Assembly: GCA_046329195.1 (NCBI GenBank)
Contig: JAXLVB010000001.1
Coordinates: 2,585,235-2,649,234 of the forward strand
DNA from: Spirosomataceae bacterium
GTDB taxonomy: Bacteria > Bacteroidota > Bacteroidia > Cytophagales > Spirosomataceae
DNA length: 64,000 nucleotides
Reading direction: 5' to 3'
Below, in pieces: positions 26,862-35,986 of this stretch (positions within the stretch are counted from its first letter, which is position 1; every line of letters starts with the position of its first letter). The translations under genes and the position numbers were made by a program. The notes under the pieces are model-generated. The model worked only from the letters and a program-made list of their open reading frames with translations, did not search any database and had not been told where the DNA came from.

Positions 26862-28079
26862 CTATTTTGTAAACAACCGTTCTAACATAAACAAAGGCAC
26901 AAGCGGCTTGTGTCCAGTAAGTACCTCGGTTACGAGTTCGCCCAAAGCAGGGCCGTGCTTGTAGCCATGTCCAGAGCCTCCACCCAACAACCAGCAATTA
27001 TCGGCTTCGGGGTGTTGGTCAAGGATAAAATTACCGTCGGGGGAGTTTTCGTAGGGGCAAACACGGTTTTCGGCCAAAGGAGCATTCCTAAGAGCTGGAA
27101 ATCGGTGAGTAATAAACTGTCGAGCATGAGCCAGCACGTCAGGGTTTAGGATACGTTCGCCGTTGGTTGGGTCAAATACTTCGCCACGGCGGTCCACCCC
27201 TATCTTAAAACCTCGGTTGGCGTTGCCCGGGATGCCATAATAAAAATCTTGACCGTCCACATCTACCCAAACGGGCATTTGGTCAAACAACTGAGTGTGG
27301 GTGTAGGGTACTCCAAAGTAATAGGCTTCTTGTCGAGAACAGGTGATGACAGAACCCAATACTTCAGGAAATAACTTCCCCAACCATGACCCACACGCAA
27401 ACACATACGCATCGGCCTGCACCCTAGAGCCGTCAGAAAGCAGCAGGTGCTCCATCTGACCCCCTACGCATGGCCCCGGTTGCACGTGTGCTTGTAGGTA
27501 GGTACCCCCTTCGTTTACAAAAGCTTCTTGTACGGCTATGGCTCCTTCCCGAGCTTTGAGGTAGCCTCCTTCAGGGTCGAATAGCGCATGGTGCAAGTCA
27601 TCAGTATGAATGTGTGGATACTTTTGGTGTAGTTCGTGGGTAGTAAGATACTGATAGTTCAGGCCATACTTCTGCATAAACGGCACGCTTTCGTCAATCA
27701 TCGGCACGTGTTCTTCATAACAAAACCAAAGTACACCCGTTGGATGGAAAAGCTTTTTGCCAAAGCGTTCCTGATTTTCTTTCCAAAGCTCCAAAGCCCT
27801 CACATTGAGGTCAAAATACGTTTCGTTTGCTCCATACGTAGAGCGAATCACTCGGGTTTCGTCGCCTGAGCTACTTCGAGAGTTGCCAGCTCCCCACGCA
27901 TCAATGAGTGTCACTTTAATACCTTTGCGCAGCAAATATAGGGCCGTCCAACCACCAAAAGCACCTGCGCCTATCACAGCGACATGAGCCTTGATGCCCA
28001 AATTGGGGGCAAACCGTAATGTAGTTGGCGTGACGGACTCGGTAGGAGCGAAGGTATTTTGAGTGGAAGTAATGGGCAT
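26862..28079 (-). CDS. FAD-dependent oxidoreductase (DAO family; sarcosine/N-methyltryptophan oxidase-like)
   Basis: VAVIGAGAFGGWTALYL dinucleotide-binding motif and DAO-like length. Confidence 0.8.
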   Translation of the reverse strand: MPITSTQNTFAPTESVTPTTLRFAPNLGIKAHVAVIGAGAFGGWTALYLLRKGIKVTLIDAWGAGNSRSSSGDETRVIRSTYGANETYFDLNVRALELWKENQERFGKKLFHPTGVLWFCYEEHVPMIDESVPFMQKYGLNYQYLTTHELHQKYPHIHTDDLHHALFDPEGGYLKAREGAIAVQEAFVNEGGTYLQAHVQPGPCVGGQMEHLLLSDGSRVQADAYVFACGSWLGKLFPEVLGSVITCSRQEAYYFGVPYTHTQLFDQMPVWVDVDGQDFYYGIPGNANRGFKIGVDRRGEVFDPTNGERILNPDVLAHARQFITHRFPALRNAPLAENRVCPYENSPDGNFILDQHPEADNCWLLGGGSGHGYKHGPALGELVTEVLTGHKPLVPLFMLERLFTK

Positions 28080-28240
28080 AAAACGATGAATTTAATGGAC
28101 TGTCAGGGCAAAAATATAAATCGTCCGTCAAACTTAGAAAAACCCTACCAAAATAGCGTTTATTGGTCATGCTGATAACCTCAAATTTTTACCTTTGCAA
28201 GGTTTTATTTTTCAACACTACCTATTCTTTTTGAAGACTT

Positions 28241-28804
28241 ATGGCTGTAGCGTTTACCACCGTTACGACTGACGATGAAATCTTGCAGATACTGGAATTA
28301 CAACGTCAAAACTCTCCTCAAAATATTACAAACGAAACGCTTGTTAGTCAGGGCTTTGTGACGGTTCAGCATACGCCTGATTTGTTGCGTAGCATGAACC
28401 AAGCCTTGCCCCAAATCATTGCCAAAGACCAAGATCGAGTAGTAGGCTATGCGCTGGTGATGCCGCAGTCGTTTCAAGACTTGATTCCTGTCCTGAAACC
28501 TATGTTTGTGATGCTGGATTCGTTGTCGTGGAAATCAAAGGCAATTCCGACGTATAGTTACTATGTGATGGGACAGATTTGCGTGGCCGAAAGCCATCGA
28601 GGGCAAGGCATTTTCGACGGACTATACGCCAAACACAAAGAAGTTTTGTCGTCTTCATTTGAGTTGTGTATCACCGAGATTGCCGTACGAAACACTCGCT
28701 CCATGCGAGCACACGAGCGAGTGGGCTTTGAGTTACTACACAACTTCCAAGATGCTACCGATGACTGGAACCTTGTGGTGTGGGATTGGCGGGAAAGAGT
28801 GTAG
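28241..28804 (+). CDS. GNAT family acetyltransferase
   Basis: 187 aa with a GNAT-like core (HRGQGIFDGLY). Confidence 0.65.
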   Translation: MAVAFTTVTTDDEILQILELQRQNSPQNITNETLVSQGFVTVQHTPDLLRSMNQALPQIIAKDQDRVVGYALVMPQSFQDLIPVLKPMFVMLDSLSWKSKAIPTYSYYVMGQICVAESHRGQGIFDGLYAKHKEVLSSSFELCITEIAVRNTRSMRAHERVGFELLHNFQDATDDWNLVVWDWRERV

Positions 28805-28975
28805 AGTGTAAAGTGTAAAGTGTAAAGGTGAAAGGGGATAGGGGTAAAGAGTGTGAAGTGGAGAGATTAAAGGGGATAGGGGTAAAGAGTGTAAAGTGGA
28901 GAGATTAAAGGGTAGAGTGTAAAGTGAAGGAGGGAAAGGTGGGGGAGATATTGGGATGGGTTGGATGATAAAAAA
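28805..28975 (+). repeat. About 170-nt tract completely devoid of C on the + strand (G/A/T only). It consists of 3× GTGTAAA, 2× a 39-bp unit (AAAGGGGATAGGGGTAAAGAGTGTRAAGTGGAGAGATTA), and degenerate copies.
   Basis: Direct reading of 28805–28975. A related G-free copy on the opposite strand lies at 63481–63545. Confidence 0.7.
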
Positions 28976-29125
28976 CCTTGTATTTTGAGGCTAATACTTA
29001 TACAAATTAGAAGCTCAACACTACGATAGAGGCAGCTCAGTAGGCGTTCAGAACAAATTCGTCGCTTTTTGGTTTTAGGGCTAAGAGAATTCTGTATTTT
29101 AGCCTCCAAAATACCTGTTTAAACC

Positions 29126-30832
29126 TTGAATACGATTCCAACTTCTTACGACGCCATCGTGGTAGGCTCAGGCATTAGTGGTGGCTGGGCAGCCAAAGAA
29201 CTCACCGAGAAAGGCTTAAAAGTGCTCTTGCTGGAGCGAGGGCGAAATGTAAAGCACGTAGAGGACTACACTACGGCGCTCAAAAACCCTTGGGAACTTC
29301 CGCACCGAGGTCGCTTGACCAACGAAATCAAGGAGAAATTTCCGATTCAAAGCAAAGAAGGTAATTATCCTATCAACGAAGCCAACCAGCAATTTTGGCA
29401 ACCTGAAGCCGAAAATCCCTATATTCAAGAAAAGCCCTTCGATTGGTTTAGGGGCAACAATGTAGGCGGCAAATCCCTCCTCTGGGGGCGGCATGTGTAC
29501 CGATGGAGTGACTTTGATTTTGAAGCTAACCTTCGAGAAGGCATCGGCATTGACTGGCCCATTCGGTACAAGGATTTGGAACCTTGGTATGGATACGTCG
29601 AAAAGTTTGTGGGCGTTAGTGGCGAAAAATTAGGCTTGGCGCACGTGCCCGATAGCCTGTTTCAGCCACCGATGGAGCTCAACTGCGCAGAGCACCATCT
29701 CCGTAGTTCGGTAGAAAAACATTACAAAGGGAGCCGAGTAGTAACGGCAGGGCGAGTGGCTCACCTCACTCAACCTACTCCCGAACAGTTGGCCTTGGGC
29801 CGGGCTTCGTGTCAATACCGCAATGCCTGCTCCAACGGTTGCCCGTATGGAGCCTACTTTAGCACGCAGGCCGCTACATTGCCAGCCGCCATGCGTACCG
29901 GAAGGCTCACGCTACGGCCCTATTCCATCGTGAGTCGGGTGATTTTTGATGAGAAAAAAGGTAAAGCATCAGGCGTAGAAGTGATTGACGCTCAGACGAA
30001 AGAAGTACTACAGTTCAGTGCTCGTATCATTTTTCTGAATGCCTCTACGGTGGCTACCACCCAAATCATGCTCAATTCAAAGTCGAGCCGTTTTCCGAAT
30101 GGCTTGGGCAACGATAGCGATGCGTTGGGGCGGTATTTGATGGACCATCACTCTCGGGTGGGCGCTGCCGGAACCATCGAGGGCTTCAAAGATAAATATT
30201 ACTTTGGCCGTAAAGCCAACGGTTTTTTTATACCACGATACCGAAATATTGGCAACGACAAGCGCTCTTATCTCCGTGGATTTGACTATCAAGGAGGCGG
30301 TGGACGTGAAGGCTGGTCTGGCCAAGCCCGAGAAGCAGGTTTTGGGGCCGATTTCAAGCAAAGCCTGACGTATCCGGGCGACTGGTCGCTCAATATGGGA
30401 GCTTTTGGCGAATGCCTGCCTTATCACGACAACCGAGTTTATCTACATCCTGATAAAAAAGACCCCTACGGTTTACCGATGTTAGTGTTGTCAGCCGACA
30501 TCCGTGCAAATGAGTTGGCTATGCGCAAAGACATGGCCAACGATGCCGCCGAAATGCTCGAAATAGCAGGTGCAAAAAATGTACGAACCTACGACAGAGG
30601 ATTTTCGCTCGGCCTGTCTAAACACGAATTAGGAACGGCTCGAATGGGACTTGACCCCAAAACCTCGGTGCTCAACCGTAACAACCAAGTGTGGGGCTGC
30701 CCCAATGTATTTGTGACTGACGGTGCCTGTATGGTGTCGTCCAACTGTGTGAATCCTTCGCTTACCTATATGGCGCTTACGGCTCGTGCTTGTGACTTTG
30801 CCGTTCAAGAAATGAAGCGTAAACAACTTTAA
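29126..30832 (+). CDS. GMC family FAD-dependent oxidoreductase
   Basis: N-terminal YDAIVVGSGISGGWAAKEL and GMC length with C-terminal His/Asn active-site region. Confidence 0.9.
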   Translation: MNTIPTSYDAIVVGSGISGGWAAKELTEKGLKVLLLERGRNVKHVEDYTTALKNPWELPHRGRLTNEIKEKFPIQSKEGNYPINEANQQFWQPEAENPYIQEKPFDWFRGNNVGGKSLLWGRHVYRWSDFDFEANLREGIGIDWPIRYKDLEPWYGYVEKFVGVSGEKLGLAHVPDSLFQPPMELNCAEHHLRSSVEKHYKGSRVVTAGRVAHLTQPTPEQLALGRASCQYRNACSNGCPYGAYFSTQAATLPAAMRTGRLTLRPYSIVSRVIFDEKKGKASGVEVIDAQTKEVLQFSARIIFLNASTVATTQIMLNSKSSRFPNGLGNDSDALGRYLMDHHSRVGAAGTIEGFKDKYYFGRKANGFFIPRYRNIGNDKRSYLRGFDYQGGGGREGWSGQAREAGFGADFKQSLTYPGDWSLNMGAFGECLPYHDNRVYLHPDKKDPYGLPMLVLSADIRANELAMRKDMANDAAEMLEIAGAKNVRTYDRGFSLGLSKHELGTARMGLDPKTSVLNRNNQVWGCPNVFVTDGACMVSSNCVNPSLTYMALTARACDFAVQEMKRKQL

Positions 30833-30850
30833 TACATCCATTTCCAAATC

Positions 30851-30891
30851 AAAAAAAGCGAGACTGTTCTACAAACGTCTCGCTTTTTTGT
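30851..30891. terminator. Rho-independent terminator A7–AGCGAGAC…GTCTCGCT–T6 (bidirectional architecture)
   Basis: 8-bp GC-rich stem with flanking A- and T-runs. Confidence 0.75.
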
Positions 30892-31027
30892 TTATCAAGC
30901 CAATCCTCCCTCACCTGAACCTAAAAAGCAGGATATATCCATCCCGAAAATTGCCATTCATCCTATTTTTTATCACAAGACACGAACAGTCTCCAACTTT
31001 GGCCCATCAATCATCCTTAACATCATC

Positions 31028-32941
31028 ATGTTTTCATCCTCTACCATATCGCTTGCCTTGATGATAGGCATTCCTGTGTTGTGCTTGATTTTCTACCGAT
31101 TTGTCTTCCGTATTTTTGGTATTATCATCGTTCCCGAAGACAAAATCGGTTTGGTTACGAAAAAGTTTGTCCTTTTTGGTGAAAAGAAATCGCTCCCCGA
31201 AGGTCGGATTATTGCTACCGAGGGCGAAGCAGGGTTTCAGGCTCGTACGCTGGCGCCAGGGATTTATTTCTGGTACTGGATTTGGCAATATGACATTACC
31301 CTTCAGCCTCTTACGATTATTCCAACTGGAAAAATCGGCCTTTTGCTCGCCAAAGATGGTAAAGAAATCGAAATTGGGCGGATTTTGGGTCGCAAAGTAG
31401 AATGTGACAGCTACCAAGATGCCGAACGGTTTTTGCGAAACGGCGGACGAAAAGGACGCCAAACGGCGGTGATTACGGCAGGTTCGTACCGAATCAATAC
31501 TTTCTTGTTTGAAATTGAAATTGCCGACATGACTTCTATCCACGAAAACATGGTCGGTATCGTGACTACCCTCGACGGCGCTTCGATTCCCGAAGGACAG
31601 ATTGCAGGGAAGGTTATTGACAACCATAATAATTTTCAAGACGTTGACACCTTCTTGAATGCAGGTGGGAACAAAGGGTTGCAACAGCAAGTCATCTTGG
31701 CTGGTTCATACAACCTCAACCCTTGGTTTGTCAAAGTAGAAGAAGTACCCATGACCGAGATTCCGATTGGGCATGTGGGCGTGGTAATTTCGTATGTGGG
31801 CGACGACGGACAAGACCTCAGTGGGGTAGAATTTAAGCATGGTAACATCGTAGCCAAGGGTTACAAAGGCGTTTGGGCTGAACCTTTTGGACCTGGTAAA
31901 TACCCCATCAATCCGTACGTGATGCGAGCCGAATTGGTACCTACCACCAACTTGGTACTCAACTGGGCAAGTGCTCGTTCTGAGTCGCACCAGTTAGACA
32001 AAAACCTCTCGACCATCACCGTGCGTTCTAAAGACGGTTTCCCCTTTAACTTAGACGTGTCGCAAATCATTCATATTCCTACTACGGAAGCACCTAAAGT
32101 CATTGCTCGATTCGGGAATATGCACAACCTAGTGAGTCAGGTGTTGGAGCCTACCATTGGTAACTACTTCCGTAACTCGGCGCAAGATTCAGACGTGATT
32201 GCCTTTTTGGGAAGCCGAAAAGAGCGCCAAGAGTCGGCCAAGCAGCACATCGGTAAGGTGTTGGCCGAATACAACGTGAATGGGGTAGATACACTCATTG
32301 GAGACATTGTGCCACCTGAGTCGCTGATGAAAACACTCACCGACCGGAAATTGGCCGAAGAGCTCAACATGACGTATGAGATTCAGAAAATAGCGCAAGA
32401 GACTCGACAAGCATTGGAAAAAGAAACAGCGATTGCTGACATTCAGAAAGAAATTGTGAAGGCTGACCAAGGGGTAATCATTGCCGAGCGTATTGCTGAT
32501 GCTTCGGTCAAGAAAGCTACAGGGGAGGCCAATAGCCTTAAAATACAGGCCGCTGCCGAAGCCGAGCGAGTAAAACTCCAAGCAACTGCCGAAGCTCAGA
32601 AAACCAAGCTGTTAGCTGATGCCGAAGCTGAGAAAATCTCAAAAACGGGTGGTGCAGAAGCCGAGAAAATTAGAGCCATCGGTAATGCCAATGCCGAAGC
32701 CTACCGCTTGGCCGTGGAGGCGATGGGTGAGGGGAATTTTACCCAACTCAAAATCACCGAGAATATCGGTAAAGAGAAAATCAAGGTGATTCCAGACATC
32801 TTGATTACAGGCGGTAACGGCGACCAGTCGGGTGCTTTGAGTGGTTTGTTAGGCTTGAAACTCATGGAAGAAGTAGGGAAGAAGATAAACCCTGTGTCAA
32901 CTCCACCTATTGACCCTATGCCGACAGAAGAAAAAGAATAA
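31028..32941 (+). CDS. Flotillin-like SPFH/Band-7 domain protein (YqiK/FloT-like)
   Basis: N-terminal TM region, SPFH core, and C-terminal EA-rich coiled-coil repeats (AEAERVKLQATAEAQKTKLLADAEAEK). Confidence 0.8.
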   Translation: MFSSSTISLALMIGIPVLCLIFYRFVFRIFGIIIVPEDKIGLVTKKFVLFGEKKSLPEGRIIATEGEAGFQARTLAPGIYFWYWIWQYDITLQPLTIIPTGKIGLLLAKDGKEIEIGRILGRKVECDSYQDAERFLRNGGRKGRQTAVITAGSYRINTFLFEIEIADMTSIHENMVGIVTTLDGASIPEGQIAGKVIDNHNNFQDVDTFLNAGGNKGLQQQVILAGSYNLNPWFVKVEEVPMTEIPIGHVGVVISYVGDDGQDLSGVEFKHGNIVAKGYKGVWAEPFGPGKYPINPYVMRAELVPTTNLVLNWASARSESHQLDKNLSTITVRSKDGFPFNLDVSQIIHIPTTEAPKVIARFGNMHNLVSQVLEPTIGNYFRNSAQDSDVIAFLGSRKERQESAKQHIGKVLAEYNVNGVDTLIGDIVPPESLMKTLTDRKLAEELNMTYEIQKIAQETRQALEKETAIADIQKEIVKADQGVIIAERIADASVKKATGEANSLKIQAAAEAERVKLQATAEAQKTKLLADAEAEKISKTGGAEAEKIRAIGNANAEAYRLAVEAMGEGNFTQLKITENIGKEKIKVIPDILITGGNGDQSGALSGLLGLKLMEEVGKKINPVSTPPIDPMPTEEKE

Positions 32942-32964
32942 ATCCACAAATGCCACTTCTCTCG

Positions 32965-32993
32965 AACCTCGCTCACTCAGGGCGAGGTTTTTG
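32965..32993 (+). terminator. Intrinsic terminator AACCTCGC…GCGAGGTT–TTTT after the flotillin gene
   Basis: 8-bp stem plus U-tract. Confidence 0.7.
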
Positions 32994-33118
32994 GTTTTAA
33001 TAGCCCTATTTGAAGTAAAAGCGAACTGTCATTGGATAATTTTTGAGGAAAAAACTTTTAAAAATGGCCAAAAAAGCGTACTTTACGTACGTATGGGTAC
33101 AACACTTTACAGACAACA

Positions 33119-35053
33119 ATGAAGCTACTAAAACGTATCTATTTAGGACTGACGATAGCGCTATTGCTCAGCGAGCCAGCTTTTTCTCAAAAAGTAACGA
33201 TTCCGAATTCCATTGATTCCTTAGTTACCTTTTTGAAGACTTATCCCAAGCAAGATTCTATCTACAATCGAGCACTTAACCGCCTGACCCGCAAGTACAT
33301 CTACGAAAAAGCCGACTATCGGGGTGCCGACTCGCTGGCAAAATTGTCAGAAACGTTGGCCAAGAAAATAGGCTGGAATCTAGGGTTGGTAACAGCCTAT
33401 GTCCATCAGGCTACGGTGCCATTCTTGCAAGACAACCCTGAACAGGCAGCAGTGTTTTTCAAAAAAGCATTGGCGACTGCCGAAGCCGCTCGTTTGGAGC
33501 AAGAGGTCATTGCTAACTATGGTAATTTGGCCGTAGCTTATGACAGAATGGAAAAATGGGATCTTGCCATGGACTATGCCATGAAAGGTATCAACTACCA
33601 AGAGAGCCACCATTTCAAAACTCGATTTTCGAACTTGTATGCAACGGTAGGCAAGGCGCTCAAGCGTATGGGGCGACCCAAAGAAGCGTTGCCATATTAC
33701 TTAGAGGCGATTAAGGCCGATCAAGAAAGTAACAATCAACGGAATCTAGCTGTTTCGTACAACCTTACAGGCAATATCTACGATGATTTGGGCCAATTAC
33801 AAACAGCGCTGAGTTATTATAAAAAATCACTCAGCTTGGCCGAATCCATCAAGTTTGAGCTGCTGCAGGCCGATGCGCTTGACAACATCGGGCGCATGTA
33901 CACTAAACTCAAGAGACCAGCCGAAGCCTTGCCCTATTTTGAAAAATGCCTTCGGATTGGGCAGAAACAGAACAATCAAGAGACTACCGCCACTGCCTAC
34001 AATAGTTTGGGAAATGTGTATAAGAATTTGAACAAACCTAAAGAAGCCGAAGAATATCTGAAATTGGCAGTGAGCATCGCCCAAAAAGAGGAATTTACCG
34101 AAGATTTGAAGCACTACACCAAAGACTTGGCCGATTTTTATAAAGAAAACCAGCAGTATAAGTTGGCTTATGAGCAGCAGTTAAACCTCAATCGGTTGCG
34201 AGATTCGGTGCAGTCGTCGGTGCAGAGTAAAGAGGTAAAAGAGCTCATCGCCAAATTCGAATCCGAGAAAAAAGAGCAGCAAATCAAGCTCTTACATCAA
34301 GAGGCTCAGCTCAAAGAGCAGTCGCTGGCAGAAGCCAAACAGCGAGAGCAGTTTTATTGGATAGCAGGCATTGGCTTGGTGGTATTGATGGTGCTTGGCT
34401 GGGCTTGGTTACAAAATAGGAATCGCCTCAAACGCTTGGAAGAAAACCAAGCCATTCGGAAAAAAATTGCCCAAGACCTCCACGACGAAGTAGGTAGTAC
34501 ACTCAGTAGTATTTCGCTACTCAGTGGCCTTACCGACAAGCTACTCGACGAAAAACGCCCCGAGTCGGCGCAGCGTATGGTAAAGAAAATTTACCAAGAT
34601 GCTCGTACGATTTTGGATTCGATAGATGAAATCATCTGGACCATTAACCCCTCTAACGACACGTTGCGGCGCATTGCTTTCCGATTACAAGAATATGCCC
34701 AGCCGCTGATGGAATCAAAAAACATTGACTTCTCGGTCGAAATCCAGCCTGATATTGACGAGTTGCCGATTTCGATGGAGGTGCGTCGAAACTTATACTT
34801 AATTGGCAAAGAAGCGATCAATAATTCGGTAAAACACTCCGAAGCGCAATCGGCTAAGTTGAAGTTTGAGCGACAAAATAAAACGCTTAAAATCACCATT
34901 ATAGACAATGGAAAAGGCTTTGATACGGCGACGCCTACTACCCGAAACGGCCAGCAAAGTATGAAACAACGAGCCGAATTGATAGGAGGTTCACTTAATC
35001 TACAAACAGCCCCTGGCGAAGGCACCCAGCTCGAATTACTGGTAGAATGTTAG
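33119..35053 (+). CDS. Sensor histidine kinase with periplasmic/extracytoplasmic TPR repeats, one TM helix, and HisKA_3 + HATPase_c (NarX/DegS class)
   Basis: Signal peptide, multiple TPR-like repeats (AxSYNxLGNVY), a TM segment (FYWIAGIGLVVLMVLGWAWL), the H-box LHDEVGSTLSSI, and G-boxes. Confidence 0.85.
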   Translation: MKLLKRIYLGLTIALLLSEPAFSQKVTIPNSIDSLVTFLKTYPKQDSIYNRALNRLTRKYIYEKADYRGADSLAKLSETLAKKIGWNLGLVTAYVHQATVPFLQDNPEQAAVFFKKALATAEAARLEQEVIANYGNLAVAYDRMEKWDLAMDYAMKGINYQESHHFKTRFSNLYATVGKALKRMGRPKEALPYYLEAIKADQESNNQRNLAVSYNLTGNIYDDLGQLQTALSYYKKSLSLAESIKFELLQADALDNIGRMYTKLKRPAEALPYFEKCLRIGQKQNNQETTATAYNSLGNVYKNLNKPKEAEEYLKLAVSIAQKEEFTEDLKHYTKDLADFYKENQQYKLAYEQQLNLNRLRDSVQSSVQSKEVKELIAKFESEKKEQQIKLLHQEAQLKEQSLAEAKQREQFYWIAGIGLVVLMVLGWAWLQNRNRLKRLEENQAIRKKIAQDLHDEVGSTLSSISLLSGLTDKLLDEKRPESAQRMVKKIYQDARTILDSIDEIIWTINPSNDTLRRIAFRLQEYAQPLMESKNIDFSVEIQPDIDELPISMEVRRNLYLIGKEAINNSVKHSEAQSAKLKFERQNKTLKITIIDNGKGFDTATPTTRNGQQSMKQRAELIGGSLNLQTAPGEGTQLELLVEC

Positions 35054-35147
35054 GCGAATCATATTTTTATCCGATAGCAATAGGTAGGCGAGGCTACTAC
35101 CTTTACGCCTTTATTAATATATCCATCAGTACAGACATCTTGTCGCT

Positions 35148-35780
35148 ATGAAAAGCCCCTACATTTCAGTTTCTATTTACGACGACAACGAGTCGCTGCG
35201 AGATACCTTGGCCATGGTTATTGACGAAAGCGACGATATGTTTACGTTTGGCTTGTATAGCGATGCCATGCAGGTGGTTCCGAATATCCTACACGACAAA
35301 CCCGACGTGGTGCTCATGGACATTGACATGCCCGGCAAAACGGGTATTGAGGCGGTAAAACAGCTCAACGAACTGGCCAAACCGCCCAAAGTGCTAATGC
35401 TAACCGTTTATGAAGACACCGACCGTATTTTTGCGGCCATTGCCGCCGGGGCGGTAGGATATCTACTCAAAAAAACACCCGCCGACAAAATCATGGAGGC
35501 CATTCGTGACGTGATGCACGGTGGCGCAGCCATGACGCCGAGCATTGCCTTTAAGGTGCTGAGTGCCTTCCAACAGCCCAAAACCAACCAATACCAACTT
35601 ACCGAAAAAGAAAAAGAAGTATTACGCTGCTTGGTCAATGGCGACAGCTACAAACTCATTGCCTTCAACTGTGGCATCAGTATGGGAACCGTACGCACCC
35701 ACATCATGAATATCTACGAAAAACTTCACGTCAATTCTAAATCCGAAGCCGTCGCTAAAGCACTAAAGGGAGGGTTTTGA
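35148..35780 (+). CDS. NarL/FixJ (LuxR-type HTH) response regulator
   Basis: REC domain (DVVLMDIDMPGKTG; K at LLKK) and C-terminal LuxR HTH (LTEKEKEVLRCLVNGDSYKLIAFNCGISMGTVRTHIMNIYEKL). Confidence 0.9.
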   Translation: MKSPYISVSIYDDNESLRDTLAMVIDESDDMFTFGLYSDAMQVVPNILHDKPDVVLMDIDMPGKTGIEAVKQLNELAKPPKVLMLTVYEDTDRIFAAIAAGAVGYLLKKTPADKIMEAIRDVMHGGAAMTPSIAFKVLSAFQQPKTNQYQLTEKEKEVLRCLVNGDSYKLIAFNCGISMGTVRTHIMNIYEKLHVNSKSEAVAKALKGGF

Positions 35781-35986
35781 TTATCATAGTGAAGCGTTGC
35801 AAAAAGAATCAGGTGTTTTCACCTAAATCTTCTGCCCACCTATTTGTAGATTTGAGTGTAAATATTTGACTGTCAATAACTTAATTCGTGATTGGTGATT
35901 AGGTGTTTTTACGCTCATATATTTATCCGATTGAAGCCCGTTGGTTCAGACCTTAGTTTTGTACAGTCTGAATGTTACTCAAAAAC

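Noticed and set aside
28867-29109. 80-aa minus-strand ORF (…PLISPLYTLYPYPL)
   Set aside because: It lies within the C-free simple-repeat tract and its translation is low-complexity, so it is an artefact of the repeat.
31034-31690. 218-aa minus-strand ORF, plus several 60–130-aa ORFs, opposite the flotillin gene
   Set aside because: They are antisense to a strongly supported SPFH/flotillin CDS and have no motifs. They are typical shadow ORFs.
32948-32962. Shared 13-mer AATGCCACTTCTC immediately after the stop codons of the flotillin gene (32948) and the lipoprotein gene (51121)
   Set aside because: There are only two occurrences, it is short, and there is no symmetry. It is most likely coincidence, possibly part of a common terminator-proximal context. 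Noted but not claimed as an element.
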